From positions 4,339 through 68,338 of IMG/VR virus record IMGVR_UViG_3300020403_000006: a stretch of DNA of 64,000 nucleotides. One strand, written 5' to 3'. Position 1 is the stretch's first letter. Each line of letters begins with the position of its first letter. The notes below the pieces were generated by a model. The model was given only the letters and a program-made list of their open reading frames with translations, was not told the origin of the DNA and searched no databases. Positions 16,935-26,134 of the stretch are shown here, piece by piece. The DNA is from a virus (Duplodnaviria; Caudoviricetes). The translations under genes were made by a program, and so were the position numbers.

Positions 16935-18575
16935 ATGGCTATACCATATAAATATAAAACCAGCTTTGGCAGCGAAATAATAGCATCCTCAAACTTACCT
17001 AAAGATCAATTAGATTTATCTAAAGCATCTCTGGAGAGTTTAAGATCTCTTATGCCAGAAGAAATGGATCTTGATGCAAATGTTGATTTAATTGCGGTTG
17101 CCTTCAATGCTGCAGTTGTTAATGTTTTCAATAAGAATCATGACGGAATATCTACAGACACAGCAAAAGCGGTAAATCCATACTTTATTCACAAGCCAAC
17201 TAATATAGAACATAAGAAAGAAAAAGTAGTTGGTCATGTTGTTTCCTCTGGTTTTTCAACATTTGGATCTAATGAAATTTTAAAAGAAGGTGACATTAAT
17301 TCTTTGGAACCATTTAATATAGCACTATCTTCTGTTATATATAAAACAGTAAATCCTGACTTTGCGGAGTTAGTAGAAAAATCGACAGATCCTAGTAATT
17401 CGTTATATAATGCAATTTCTGCTAGCTGGGAAATAGGTTTTAATGATTTTCTAATAGCGATAGGCAGTAAAAATCTAGAAGAAGCAGAAATAGTCTCAGA
17501 CGAAAATCACATAAGTGAATTAAAAAAATATTTAAAGGCATTTGACGGAGAAGGATTAATGAAGGATGGCACCGAGATTTACAGACTTGTTTCAGGAGAT
17601 GTTTATCCTTTGGGCATAGGCTTTACGACGAATCCCGCCGCTAATGTATCAGGCTTAATTAAATTAGAAAATAAAAAAAAAGGAGAAGAAGACGAACTAA
17701 AGGATCTGGATGAACCCTCTGAGGGTGTAGAAAAAATAGTAGTGAATACAGAACAATTTTTAAAAAAAATAATAAAAAGCAAAAAAAAACCTTCACATAA
17801 TACAAAACAAGCTGTAATTTCAGACAAAGCCAAATTAAATTCAGAAATTCATAACATGGAAATGAAAGAAATAATTAACGAACTCAAAGAAACTATCGAG
17901 GCATCTGCTTCTGATAAGTTCTCGGAAGAAGCTGTTGCTAATATAGTAAAAGTTGTTACTGATGCCATTAAGGAAAAGAGCGACATTTACGTAAAAGAAA
18001 AAGCTGAGACCGAAAAACTAAAACTCGAAGCAGAAGAAGCTAAGGCTGAAGCTGAACAAAAGATTTCCGATCTAGAAGCTAACTTGGCAGAATCCCAAGA
18101 AAAGCTTTCGAAGATAGAAGCTGACGTAGCTGAATCCAGAAAGATTCAAATCTTTAACGACAGAATGGATTCCATTGATTCGGAATACGAATTGTCCGAT
18201 CAAGATAGAGCAATTTTAGTAGAAGACTTAAATAAGTTGGACGAAACAGACGAAAGCTTTGCTTCATTTTCTGAAAAAATGAAAGTGCTGTTTAGCCATA
18301 AAAGTAAAAAGCATTTAGAAGAACAAGAAAAGGCATTCGCTGAAAAGTTAGAAGCCGAAGTTCAAAAAAGAATGCAATCTTCGCAAGAGCCTAGCGAGGC
18401 TTCCGAAGAAGTTAAAGAAACTGCCTCTAGTGAAGAGGTTGAAGAAGTCCTCGAAAACGTAGAGGCAACCGAAGAAATTACATCAAATAACGGAGACACC
18501 CTTGATAAGGAAGTTTCTCTTAAGGATCAATTCAAATCTGCTTTCTCCAAAGAATCTATAACAATTAAATACTAA
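16935..18575 (+). CDS. Prohead protease fused to scaffold
   Basis: NIEHKKEKVVGH (His), ISASWEIGF (Ser), GIGFTTNPAANV, then a long Glu/Lys-rich coiled coil; lies between portal and capsid genes. Confidence 0.8.
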   Translation: MAIPYKYKTSFGSEIIASSNLPKDQLDLSKASLESLRSLMPEEMDLDANVDLIAVAFNAAVVNVFNKNHDGISTDTAKAVNPYFIHKPTNIEHKKEKVVGHVVSSGFSTFGSNEILKEGDINSLEPFNIALSSVIYKTVNPDFAELVEKSTDPSNSLYNAISASWEIGFNDFLIAIGSKNLEEAEIVSDENHISELKKYLKAFDGEGLMKDGTEIYRLVSGDVYPLGIGFTTNPAANVSGLIKLENKKKGEEDELKDLDEPSEGVEKIVVNTEQFLKKIIKSKKKPSHNTKQAVISDKAKLNSEIHNMEMKEIINELKETIEASASDKFSEEAVANIVKVVTDAIKEKSDIYVKEKAETEKLKLEAEEAKAEAEQKISDLEANLAESQEKLSKIEADVAESRKIQIFNDRMDSIDSEYELSDQDRAILVEDLNKLDETDESFASFSEKMKVLFSHKSKKHLEEQEKAFAEKLEAEVQKRMQSSQEPSEASEEVKETASSEEVEEVLENVEATEEITSNNGDTLDKEVSLKDQFKSAFSKESITIKY

Positions 18576-18580
18576 TAATC

Positions 18581-19240
18581 ATGGCACACAGACTATTACC
18601 TTTTAGACAATACGACGAAAACGACGTTGTTAACTTGTATGCACTTAAGTGCGACAATATAGCAATGCTTACCCAAAAGCCTGGCGTTGATGGAAACAAT
18701 GCAGACGGTGTTTTGGTGCAAGTAGAAAACGGAAACTTGGACGAAGGAGCTATTAATGGCACCAATGACCGTAGCGCTTTCCAGAATAGTTACAGTTCTC
18801 CAATTGGTCGTAACCCTTACCCAGAAAATCCACTCAAGGTTTCAGTAGCCAAGAGTGGGCAAGCAACACTTGGTGTTACTTTAGCTCAAACTCTTTCTAT
18901 CGACGAGAACAATGAGCAGTTGCTGTTTAATCCCGTAAAGAAAGACGAGCTTAATGCTGTTCTTTCTGGACAAACTGTACCAGTTCTCACCAAGGGCCTG
19001 ATCACAGTTCATGAAAATGGCATCGCCGATCCAACCGTTTCCAACCCACTTACAGTTGGAGCTAAAGTAGCCGCTAATCAAGGAAAATTCATTGAAGCTG
19101 CCGCAGGCGACAAGAATTACATCGGACGAGTTCTTGGAACTGGAAGTAGGGGAGGCAATCACCAAACTACATCCATGAAAGGTGCAGTTTCAGCAGATGT
19201 CCTGTCTGGTAAATATTACCTCATTAAACTCGACTGCTAA
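18581..19240 (+). CDS. Head decoration/cement protein
   Basis: 219 aa, G/A/V-rich (VLSGQTVPVLTKGLITV), immediately upstream of the capsid gene, with C-ending codon bias like the capsid gene. Confidence 0.65.
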   Translation: MAHRLLPFRQYDENDVVNLYALKCDNIAMLTQKPGVDGNNADGVLVQVENGNLDEGAINGTNDRSAFQNSYSSPIGRNPYPENPLKVSVAKSGQATLGVTLAQTLSIDENNEQLLFNPVKKDELNAVLSGQTVPVLTKGLITVHENGIADPTVSNPLTVGAKVAANQGKFIEAAAGDKNYIGRVLGTGSRGGNHQTTSMKGAVSADVLSGKYYLIKLDC

Positions 19241-19281
19241 TAAATTGCTAATCATTAACACTAACAAGGTTTAAAATAAAA

Positions 19282-20334
19282 ATGAATATTACACTAAAAA
19301 GAACCGACGAGCAGATCGAGCTGGTTAAGGCAATGGCCTCCCGTGACAGAACTGTAGCATACGAAGCCCAACAAGCCCTAGCCGAATTCATCGGGCCAGT
19401 ATTAGCTGAAGTAGTTGACAATGCTCCGACATTAAGTAATCTGTTTTCACCCTTCCAATTCGCTGCTGATGATAACCCAAGCATTCCTTTGGATCTTTAC
19501 TATGATGTAACTGACGAAGACTACATCAAGGTATACAGCTCCAATGCTCCTGGAGGATTACCTTCGAATCACGTCACTCCAACTCATAGCGAGTTAAAGA
19601 TAGCTACTTACAGACTTGAGAGTGCTGTTGATTTCGATAAGCGTTATGCTTCTCGTTCTCGCCTTGATGTTGTAAGCAAATCTATGACTAGATTAGCTCA
19701 AGAAATCTTGCTTCAGCAAGAAAACACTTCCGCTGGATTAATCATGGGAACTATTGCAGACAATCCAACGAAGCTTCTTCAAGCTGCTGGAGCAGCTGGT
19801 ACTGTCACTATGGATGACTTTAACGCTCTTCTCACGAAGGCTAAAAGAAACAATCCATCATGGTCTGGAGGCACTCCTGATCGTACTCGTGGAATTACTG
19901 ACTTGGTTTGTTCCCCAGAAGTTGTACAAGAATTGAGATCTTTTGCTTACAATTCCGTTAGCTCAACTGGCGGCTCCAACTTCATCGCTGATACCGATGA
20001 AAGACGTAAACAAGCTTTCAGTCAATCTGGACTTCCTGAATTCTTCGGTATTTCTATCATGGAAATTTATGAGTTCGGGCCAGGAGCTAAATACTCAAAG
20101 GTAGCCAGAAAGCTCATTAGTGGTGCTTCGGGTGCAGATTTCGCTTTAGCTTTAGACCGCTCTCGTGAGTCTATGCTCCGCGCAGTTGCTGTTGACGCTG
20201 AGTCTGGAACCACTATGACAGTTTCTTCTGATGACCAATACGTTGGTCGTTCCAAAAAGATCGGATACTATGCCGAGCTTGAGGAAGGTAGAGCCGTCAT
20301 TAATGACAGCGCGATTCTTGGACTAACTATTTAA
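19282..20334 (+). CDS. Major capsid protein
   Basis: Follows scaffold and decoration genes; strong bias to TTC/TAC/GAC/CGT codons against the AT-rich background; followed by a strong terminator; 350 aa compatible with an HK97 fold. Confidence 0.8.
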   Translation: MNITLKRTDEQIELVKAMASRDRTVAYEAQQALAEFIGPVLAEVVDNAPTLSNLFSPFQFAADDNPSIPLDLYYDVTDEDYIKVYSSNAPGGLPSNHVTPTHSELKIATYRLESAVDFDKRYASRSRLDVVSKSMTRLAQEILLQQENTSAGLIMGTIADNPTKLLQAAGAAGTVTMDDFNALLTKAKRNNPSWSGGTPDRTRGITDLVCSPEVVQELRSFAYNSVSSTGGSNFIADTDERRKQAFSQSGLPEFFGISIMEIYEFGPGAKYSKVARKLISGASGADFALALDRSRESMLRAVAVDAESGTTMTVSSDDQYVGRSKKIGYYAELEEGRAVINDSAILGLTI

Positions 20335-20363
20335 TAACGGAAGGTCCAAAATCACTTCTTTTC

Positions 20364-20392
20364 AAAAAATCCACCTTTATGGTGGATTTTTT
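20364..20392 (+). terminator. Rho-independent terminator (possibly bidirectional)
   Basis: AAAAAATCCACC-TTTAT-GGTGGATTTTTT. Confidence 0.9.
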
Positions 20393-20455
20393 GTTTCTAG
20401 GTTTTACTATAAATGTGTAATAAATTAAAAACGACCCTAAATAAGGAATAAAACT

Positions 20456-20911
20456 ATGGCTCCTCGAAGAAAAACAACAACAGCAGCAAAAACCAAGACT
20501 AGCAAGGCTACCAAGGCTACAAGAACCGTTAAGTCTACCAGAAAGAAAAAGACTGAAATGGAATATAGCACAGGTAAGTTTGAGACTGTAGATGAAAAGC
20601 AGGCTAAAGCAAAAAGTGTAGAAGATTTGCTTTCTGTTCCAAACAATCCTTTCGGAACAAATTCCTTCGAAGATCTGGAATCATCGCTCGAAGGTATGAA
20701 TTTAAGACAAATGCAAGAACTAGCTGTTAAGGCTAGCATTTTTCCTTCTGGAAACAAAACCTCTTTAAGAAACAAAATCAGAAGAGAATTTAAAGTTAAG
20801 TTTGGAACTAAAGATGGTTCAAACAGATACGACACATCTTCCGAAAGCCCCATAGTAGATCCTAAATCGAAACTAGCCAAAGAGGTCTTAGATATTCTTA
20901 ATGGTAGATAA
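20456..20911 (+). CDS. Basic-tailed protein with Rho_N/SAP-like (HeH) motif
   Basis: K/T/A-rich N-terminus (APRRKTTTAAKTKTSKATKATRTVKSTRKKK) and LEGMNLRQMQELAVKASIFPSGNKTSLRNKI. Confidence 0.6.
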   Translation: MAPRRKTTTAAKTKTSKATKATRTVKSTRKKKTEMEYSTGKFETVDEKQAKAKSVEDLLSVPNNPFGTNSFEDLESSLEGMNLRQMQELAVKASIFPSGNKTSLRNKIRREFKVKFGTKDGSNRYDTSSESPIVDPKSKLAKEVLDILNGR

Positions 20912-20929
20912 GTAGGTGAAAAGTGCTTT

Positions 20930-21451
20930 ATGGCTAGTACTTACAATTTTGACCCTGCAGTTAATGAAATAGGTAACCTTGCTTCGGGAATATATAAGTA
21001 TGATTTTGATGAAGATCCTAGTTTGGTAAACTCTGATTTTGTATCGGGATGGTTGCAAAACAATATCGGTGAACTAAATGTATTAATTTATTCGTGCTAC
21101 AGTGGAGAGTATCCAGGCATGGGTGATGCTGAAAAGTCTATATACAGGCAAGTTTTCTTAAAAGATTTTTATGCAAAGCTAGGTCGAAAAGCCCTTATGG
21201 GAGTAAGTCATGACAGCTCTAGTGTTAGTGCTGGATCTGTAGTGACTTCAGATTGGACAGAATTAAGGGATGGTGATAGTGTAATCAGAAGAAGGGCGAT
21301 GCTTTCGACTCCATCAGAAAGAGTAACCGCATCAAAGCAGTATTCACTTTACTCAAAAGAAGCCGAGGAAACTTTACTTTCACTTTTACAGAGTTATAAT
21401 GTAAATAAAGGTGGACCTAGGCAAGTTGCTGGCACTGATGCCCCAGAATAA
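20930..21451 (+). CDS. Putative head completion/adaptor protein
   Basis: Position after the capsid gene; ELRDGDSVIRR segment fits adaptor-type proteins. Mostly synteny. Confidence 0.45.
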   Translation: MASTYNFDPAVNEIGNLASGIYKYDFDEDPSLVNSDFVSGWLQNNIGELNVLIYSCYSGEYPGMGDAEKSIYRQVFLKDFYAKLGRKALMGVSHDSSSVSAGSVVTSDWTELRDGDSVIRRRAMLSTPSERVTASKQYSLYSKEAEETLLSLLQSYNVNKGGPRQVAGTDAPE

Positions 21452-21465
21452 AAACAATTTTTCAT

Positions 21466-22437
21466 ATGAACAAAAAAATAATATTAGATTTTTCGGAAGA
21501 AATACGTGAACGTGACTTAGATTGTAAATGCGACAATCAAGAAGGAGAACTGATTTCAATGGAATCATGGGCTTCAGAAAAAAACAAGGGCAAAAAATTA
21601 AACAAGCCCTTCAGAACCCCAGGGGGTCCCAAAAAGTTTTCTGTTTATGTTAAAAATGAAAGAGGTAATGTCGTAAAAGTTAATTTCGGGGATCCGAATA
21701 TGGAGATAAAACGGGATGATCCCGCTAGAAGAAAATCTTTTAGAGCAAGACATAATTGTGCAAACCCAGGACCAAAAACAAAAGCTCGTTACTGGTCTTG
21801 TAAACAATGGAGAGCTGGAACTAAAGTTAAGGGGTCAGAAGAAGAGATTGAAGAAGAGCTTCTATTATATTTAGATGAATCAGAAGCAGCAGGAGATTAC
21901 TTAGAAAAAGCCTTCATGAAACACTGCGCTTCTTACGATAAAGATCTTGTAAATACTGCTGGAATGGATAATGATAAGACTTATGCAGCATGTGCAATGC
22001 AGTATAAAAAAATGAAAGGTACTCTTTATGAAAAAGCCGAAGGAGGACTAACTGAAAAACAAAAAACCTTACCTAAGCCAATTCAAGAAGCAATACTCAG
22101 AAAACAAGGAGAAAAGTCTGAAGCTACGGAGGCTGAAGCCAAACGTGGGCTTTGGGAAAATATCCACAGAAAGAGGCAGAGGATAAAAGACGGCTCTGGC
22201 GAGAAAATGAGAAAAAAAGGCGATAAAGGCGCTCCTACGGAAAAACAAATGAAACAAGCTCAAAAGCCAAAACAAAAATCTAAAGCAGAAGATTCTGAAG
22301 AAAAGAAAAACTTCAAGCCTCATAAAATGTATGATCCCAAAACAGGAAAAGCTTATGATGCAAAAACTTACGAAGATCATGTAAAAATGAAAAAAATGGG
22401 CTACACTCATACAGCGGCAAAAAAAAAGAAATATTAA
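21466..22437 (+). CDS. Mosaic basic protein (possible internal head protein)
   Basis: Short basic modules (LNKPFRTPGGPKKF...SFRARHNC...YWSC; GLWENIHRKR...GAPT; FKPHKMYDPKTG...MGYTH) separated by acidic linkers. Confidence 0.6.
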   Translation: MNKKIILDFSEEIRERDLDCKCDNQEGELISMESWASEKNKGKKLNKPFRTPGGPKKFSVYVKNERGNVVKVNFGDPNMEIKRDDPARRKSFRARHNCANPGPKTKARYWSCKQWRAGTKVKGSEEEIEEELLLYLDESEAAGDYLEKAFMKHCASYDKDLVNTAGMDNDKTYAACAMQYKKMKGTLYEKAEGGLTEKQKTLPKPIQEAILRKQGEKSEATEAEAKRGLWENIHRKRQRIKDGSGEKMRKKGDKGAPTEKQMKQAQKPKQKSKAEDSEEKKNFKPHKMYDPKTGKAYDAKTYEDHVKMKKMGYTHTAAKKKKY

Positions 22438-22459
22438 TTTAAAAAGTTAAACCCACAAG

Positions 22460-22484
22460 AATCCATCTTTATGGTGGATTTTTT
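22460..22484 (+). terminator. Rho-independent terminator, near-copy of the post-capsid one
   Basis: AATCCATC-TTTAT-GGTGGATT followed by TTTT. Confidence 0.75.
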
Positions 22485-22516
22485 GTTTATGCAGTTTACT
22501 ATAATTAACTGTAAAC

Positions 22517-23368
22517 ATGCAAGATGTAGACAAAAATAAAACCAAGAGAATCTTGAGGGATAACATAACTTATGATTTAATTGTTAAGGAAAACTTAATT
22601 ACATTAGATAGCTCTTTTGAAGACCACTCTTTTTATACAAAAGATTTGCTGTTTAAATTAATAAAAGAATATTCTAATAAATACCAGCGCCCTTGTGTTT
22701 TTAACACAATGAATGAAAAAATATCAAATGAAAAAACAATTTTTTACAAAAATTTCTGTTGGAATTTATACGAGAACATTATACCGCCAGTCTACGAAAA
22801 ATATAAATATAGTTTTACATATTTGTGCGGGCATCCAAAGTTGGATAAATTACATATGTTATCTAGACTTTTTAAAGAAGACTTATTGAAAGGTTGCTTA
22901 TGGTCATGCGGCTCCTTGAGCGGAAAGTATAATTTAAGCTTACCGAAGTTACCAGAAATTATTGATTACGATAAGGCTAAAAAGGGCATTAAATCGTGCT
23001 GGCAAGAAATTAATAGCGAATTCTACAAGCACTCTCGATTTTCATTAGTACAGGAAACTGAAATGTCAAATCGATCAAATCGTTATACAGAAAAAACTTA
23101 CAAATGCTTTTGGATGAAACATCCATTTATTCTTGCAGGCAATTACCAAACATTAAAATTGTTAAAACAAGACGGTTTTAAAACATTCCACCCTTATATC
23201 AACGAAAGTTACGACGAAATACAAAATAGAGATCAAAGAATATTAGCAATCATAAAAGAAGTTAAAATTCTATGTAATAAAACTGCAAAAGAATGGCGAG
23301 AATTCATGCGCAGCATTAACGAAATATTAAAACATAATTATCAATATGCATCACGAAAAAATAACTGA
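22517..23368 (+). CDS. Glycosyltransferase-like protein
   Basis: FSLVQETE...YTEKTYK...HPFILAG...LKQDGFKTF..YINESYD resembles the C-terminal nucleotide-sugar lobe of GT-B-like proteins. Confidence 0.55.
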   Translation: MQDVDKNKTKRILRDNITYDLIVKENLITLDSSFEDHSFYTKDLLFKLIKEYSNKYQRPCVFNTMNEKISNEKTIFYKNFCWNLYENIIPPVYEKYKYSFTYLCGHPKLDKLHMLSRLFKEDLLKGCLWSCGSLSGKYNLSLPKLPEIIDYDKAKKGIKSCWQEINSEFYKHSRFSLVQETEMSNRSNRYTEKTYKCFWMKHPFILAGNYQTLKLLKQDGFKTFHPYINESYDEIQNRDQRILAIIKEVKILCNKTAKEWREFMRSINEILKHNYQYASRKNN

Positions 23369-23987
23369 TTATATCAAAAAATCAAAAATAGAACCCTCTG
23401 TTATCCTAGATATAGGAGCTAATAACGGAGGTCATTCGATATATTTTGCAAAGCAATTTAAATCAAGTTTGGTTTATAGTTTCGAGCCAGATAATCGAGC
23501 CTTTGAAAAATTTAATTCAAAATTAAAAAAATTACATCCCGATATTTCTTCAAGAATAAAAACCCATAAAACTTGTGTTGGTAATTCAGATGGAGAAGTT
23601 AATTTTTTCTCTTCTGACGGTTCTGGCAAATGGAGCAACTGGGATAGTTCGGGAAGCATAAAAAAGCCAACTCTTCATACAAAAGTTAGACCAGAAATTA
23701 CATTTCTTGAAACAACTCATAAAATTATAAAATTAAACAGTTGGTCAAAACAATCGGGTATACAAGAGATTGACTTTATTTGGGCAGATATGCAAGGAGC
23801 AGAACTTGATATGATACTTGGAGCTTCTGATATTTTGAATACGGTAAAATTTATTAATGTAGAATGCCATAACCCGCCTTTGTATGAGGACGATGCGAGC
23901 ATAGATGATATAAAAAGCGAGTTAAAAGATTTTGAAGTTGTCTTACACGCAGGACATGATTGGTTTTTTGCAAGAAAAGGTTTTTAA
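23346..23987 (+). CDS. FkbM-family methyltransferase
   Basis: ILDIGANNG, YSFEPD and IDFIWADMQGAE motifs. Confidence 0.9.
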   Translation: MHHEKITDYIKKSKIEPSVILDIGANNGGHSIYFAKQFKSSLVYSFEPDNRAFEKFNSKLKKLHPDISSRIKTHKTCVGNSDGEVNFFSSDGSGKWSNWDSSGSIKKPTLHTKVRPEITFLETTHKIIKLNSWSKQSGIQEIDFIWADMQGAELDMILGASDILNTVKFINVECHNPPLYEDDASIDDIKSELKDFEVVLHAGHDWFFARKGF

Positions 23988-24976
23988 TGCATATCCATTA
24001 AATCTTGCATACTTAAAGACCCGCCTTTTTCCTTAGCGGCTTGATGCAAAGATTTGCTCTTAGAAATATCTGTCGAAGATACACCCAAATCTGAGTAATC
24101 TTTCTCTGTGGCTCCAAAGACAGTGCTGGCACCATCTTTTTCTAGCAGCTCTTTAGTCTTCTCTCTGCTTTCCGAAGAATTAGAAAACTCTATAAGAGCT
24201 TCTGGATCTTTTTTTATTTTTTCTGGTATGTCTTTAACGTTTTCAAAAATATTTTTAAATATTCTAGCAAAGAGTAATACTGTAATTTGGTAGCTGCTTA
24301 GGTTTATAGCAGGAACACCGAATAACTCAGTAGGTTTTTCACAAAGAAACATATAAGGAAAAAAGAACTCTTCAAGAATCATTTTTTGAATATTTAATTC
24401 TGAAAAATTATTAGCATGAGAGTTGTTTATTTTTATAATTTCAGAAACTTCGCTATAAGATAATTCTGAAAAAGATTCAAAGGTAAAATAAGGTTCTGTT
24501 AAGTCCTTGTTTTTAAATAAACTTCTAACTACATAATAATCGTTTATTTGTCGGACGGCATATTCTTCAGCAGAATCTTTTGTTAGATTATTTTTTTGGA
24601 TTATTTTCTCGTTTAATTTCTTGGTTTCTTCGTCAATTGTTTTTTGGTGAAGATCTTTTTCGGATTTTAATAATAAATGTTCTTTGCTTTTGTTTAGATT
24701 ATCAACAAACATTGTTTGAGATTCTATAAAATTTTCATCTTCCTGAGTCCAGTATCCGTCTCGAATAGCATCAGCGATTATATTTTCCTTTTTAGGGATA
24801 CCTCTTTTTAGTGCTTTGTTTAAAATAACACTTTGTTGTTCGGCTGCTAATGTATAATCATTTATAGAAAGATGTTTTATGAAAACATCTTCATTTAAAT
24901 AAGAAAGAGGAGTAAATCCCTTACCTATATCTAGGAATAATCTTTTGTAAAAATATTCGCTGTCTGGATCATACAT
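23984..24976 (-). CDS. Hypothetical protein (candidate tail assembly chaperone)
   Basis: ATG 24976 overlaps the upstream stop (ATGTATGA), so it is preferred to 25033; helical, acidic. Function is inference. Confidence 0.5.
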   Translation of the reverse strand: MYDPDSEYFYKRLFLDIGKGFTPLSYLNEDVFIKHLSINDYTLAAEQQSVILNKALKRGIPKKENIIADAIRDGYWTQEDENFIESQTMFVDNLNKSKEHLLLKSEKDLHQKTIDEETKKLNEKIIQKNNLTKDSAEEYAVRQINDYYVVRSLFKNKDLTEPYFTFESFSELSYSEVSEIIKINNSHANNFSELNIQKMILEEFFFPYMFLCEKPTELFGVPAINLSSYQITVLLFARIFKNIFENVKDIPEKIKKDPEALIEFSNSSESREKTKELLEKDGASTVFGATEKDYSDLGVSSTDISKSKSLHQAAKEKGGSLSMQDLMDMH

Positions 24977-25730
24977 CTCCAGAGTCAATATCGCTATTGA
25001 GAGAATCGAAATCCTCTTTAGTAGCGTTTGCACTAAAGTACCAAAAGCTAATAATTGCAGTCAGTTTGTCTTTTACGATATCAAAAACATCATGACCGTT
25101 TTCGTCAATATCATAATATTGATTAATCTTATCTTCTGAATCTTCTGCATTGAAGAATGGGATTATTTCCTCATCATCATTATTTTGAAAGTGAGATAAG
25201 TGAACCACATACCAAAGTATAACTTTGTTTTGAGCCTTGCTGTCTGCGGTATGATTAAACAAAGAGGAGTAGCTTGTTTCCATTTCAACAATATCTCTTC
25301 TTTTTTCAGCCATCTCACCAAGGAGTTCCGCCTGCTTGGCTTCGTCTTGTTTGGTTTTCTTTGGTTTTGAACCAAGTCTGCTATATTTATTTTGAAGGTC
25401 TCCTAATTCACTGTATCTTCTAGTTAAAAGCTTAGCATCTTCTTCAGTAAGAAGACCACCCGTATCGCTGTACTTTTTGGCAAGCATAGCTTTTGTAAGT
25501 ATCCCTCTCTTAATGCACTTACTCATTTCTATACTATACTCAATATCTGCTTCCTCAAGATCTTTTCTGTTAGGCTCTTTGATTATGATTCTTACGGGGA
25601 TAGGCTTCTTCACCATAACCTGTTCGGAAACCTCTTCCATTTTCCCGCTATCTTTATTTTTTTTCTTTTTAGTAACAGTCTCTTCGACTTCGCGTTCGAT
25701 ATCTACACTAAAGCTATATATTTCTTTCAT
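24969..25730 (-). CDS. Hypothetical coiled-coil protein (candidate tail assembly chaperone)
   Basis: 253-aa ORF, coupled to both neighbours by overlaps. Confidence 0.5.
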   Translation of the reverse strand: MKEIYSFSVDIEREVEETVTKKKKNKDSGKMEEVSEQVMVKKPIPVRIIIKEPNRKDLEEADIEYSIEMSKCIKRGILTKAMLAKKYSDTGGLLTEEDAKLLTRRYSELGDLQNKYSRLGSKPKKTKQDEAKQAELLGEMAEKRRDIVEMETSYSSLFNHTADSKAQNKVILWYVVHLSHFQNNDDEEIIPFFNAEDSEDKINQYYDIDENGHDVFDIVKDKLTAIISFWYFSANATKEDFDSLNSDIDSGDV

Positions 25731-26053
25731 GATGTTTGTTTCTTATAATAATCTTTAAACTTAAATTCTACAGTAAATTTTTCTAAATCTTCATTTTGAC
25801 CACGTAAAGAGTCATTCCCTAAATCCAAAACTCTTTTTCTAAGGAATTGCATTTTATCATAATCAAAATAATTAGCTTGATCTATTAGACTGTGATATGT
25901 TTCAGGAATGGCTCTTTTTAGTTTTGCGAAATTTATATTATGATCATTGTTAAGATCCTCCAAGACAAACAAGAAAGACTTAAACAAATTCTTAATATGT
26001 TTTTCGTACCTATCCTGAAGGATTTCCTTATCTTCGTCACTCATTGTAAGCAT
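25727..26053 (-). CDS. Hypothetical protein
   Basis: 108-aa helical ORF, first gene of the minus-strand trio. Confidence 0.6.
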   Translation of the reverse strand: MLTMSDEDKEILQDRYEKHIKNLFKSFLFVLEDLNNDHNINFAKLKRAIPETYHSLIDQANYFDYDKMQFLRKRVLDLGNDSLRGQNEDLEKFTVEFKFKDYYKKQTS

Positions 26054-26068
26054 AATATAATATGCTTA
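26047..26068. repeat. Perfect 8-bp inverted repeat over the start of the minus-strand trio
   Basis: TAAGCATA-N6-TATGCTTA; the left arm contains the CAT (26051-26053) of the start codon. Confidence 0.7.
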
Positions 26069-26134
26069 ATTATTTTTTTTTCAATAAAAATGTAAATAAT
26101 TTTACTTACAATCTAATAAAGTGTAATTAATTTT

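Noticed and set aside
24969-25060. Programmed G/GT-type frameshift joining the two candidate chaperones
   Set aside because: The downstream frame is +1, not -1; no XXXYYYZ slippery heptamer was found; an overlapping ATG explains it.
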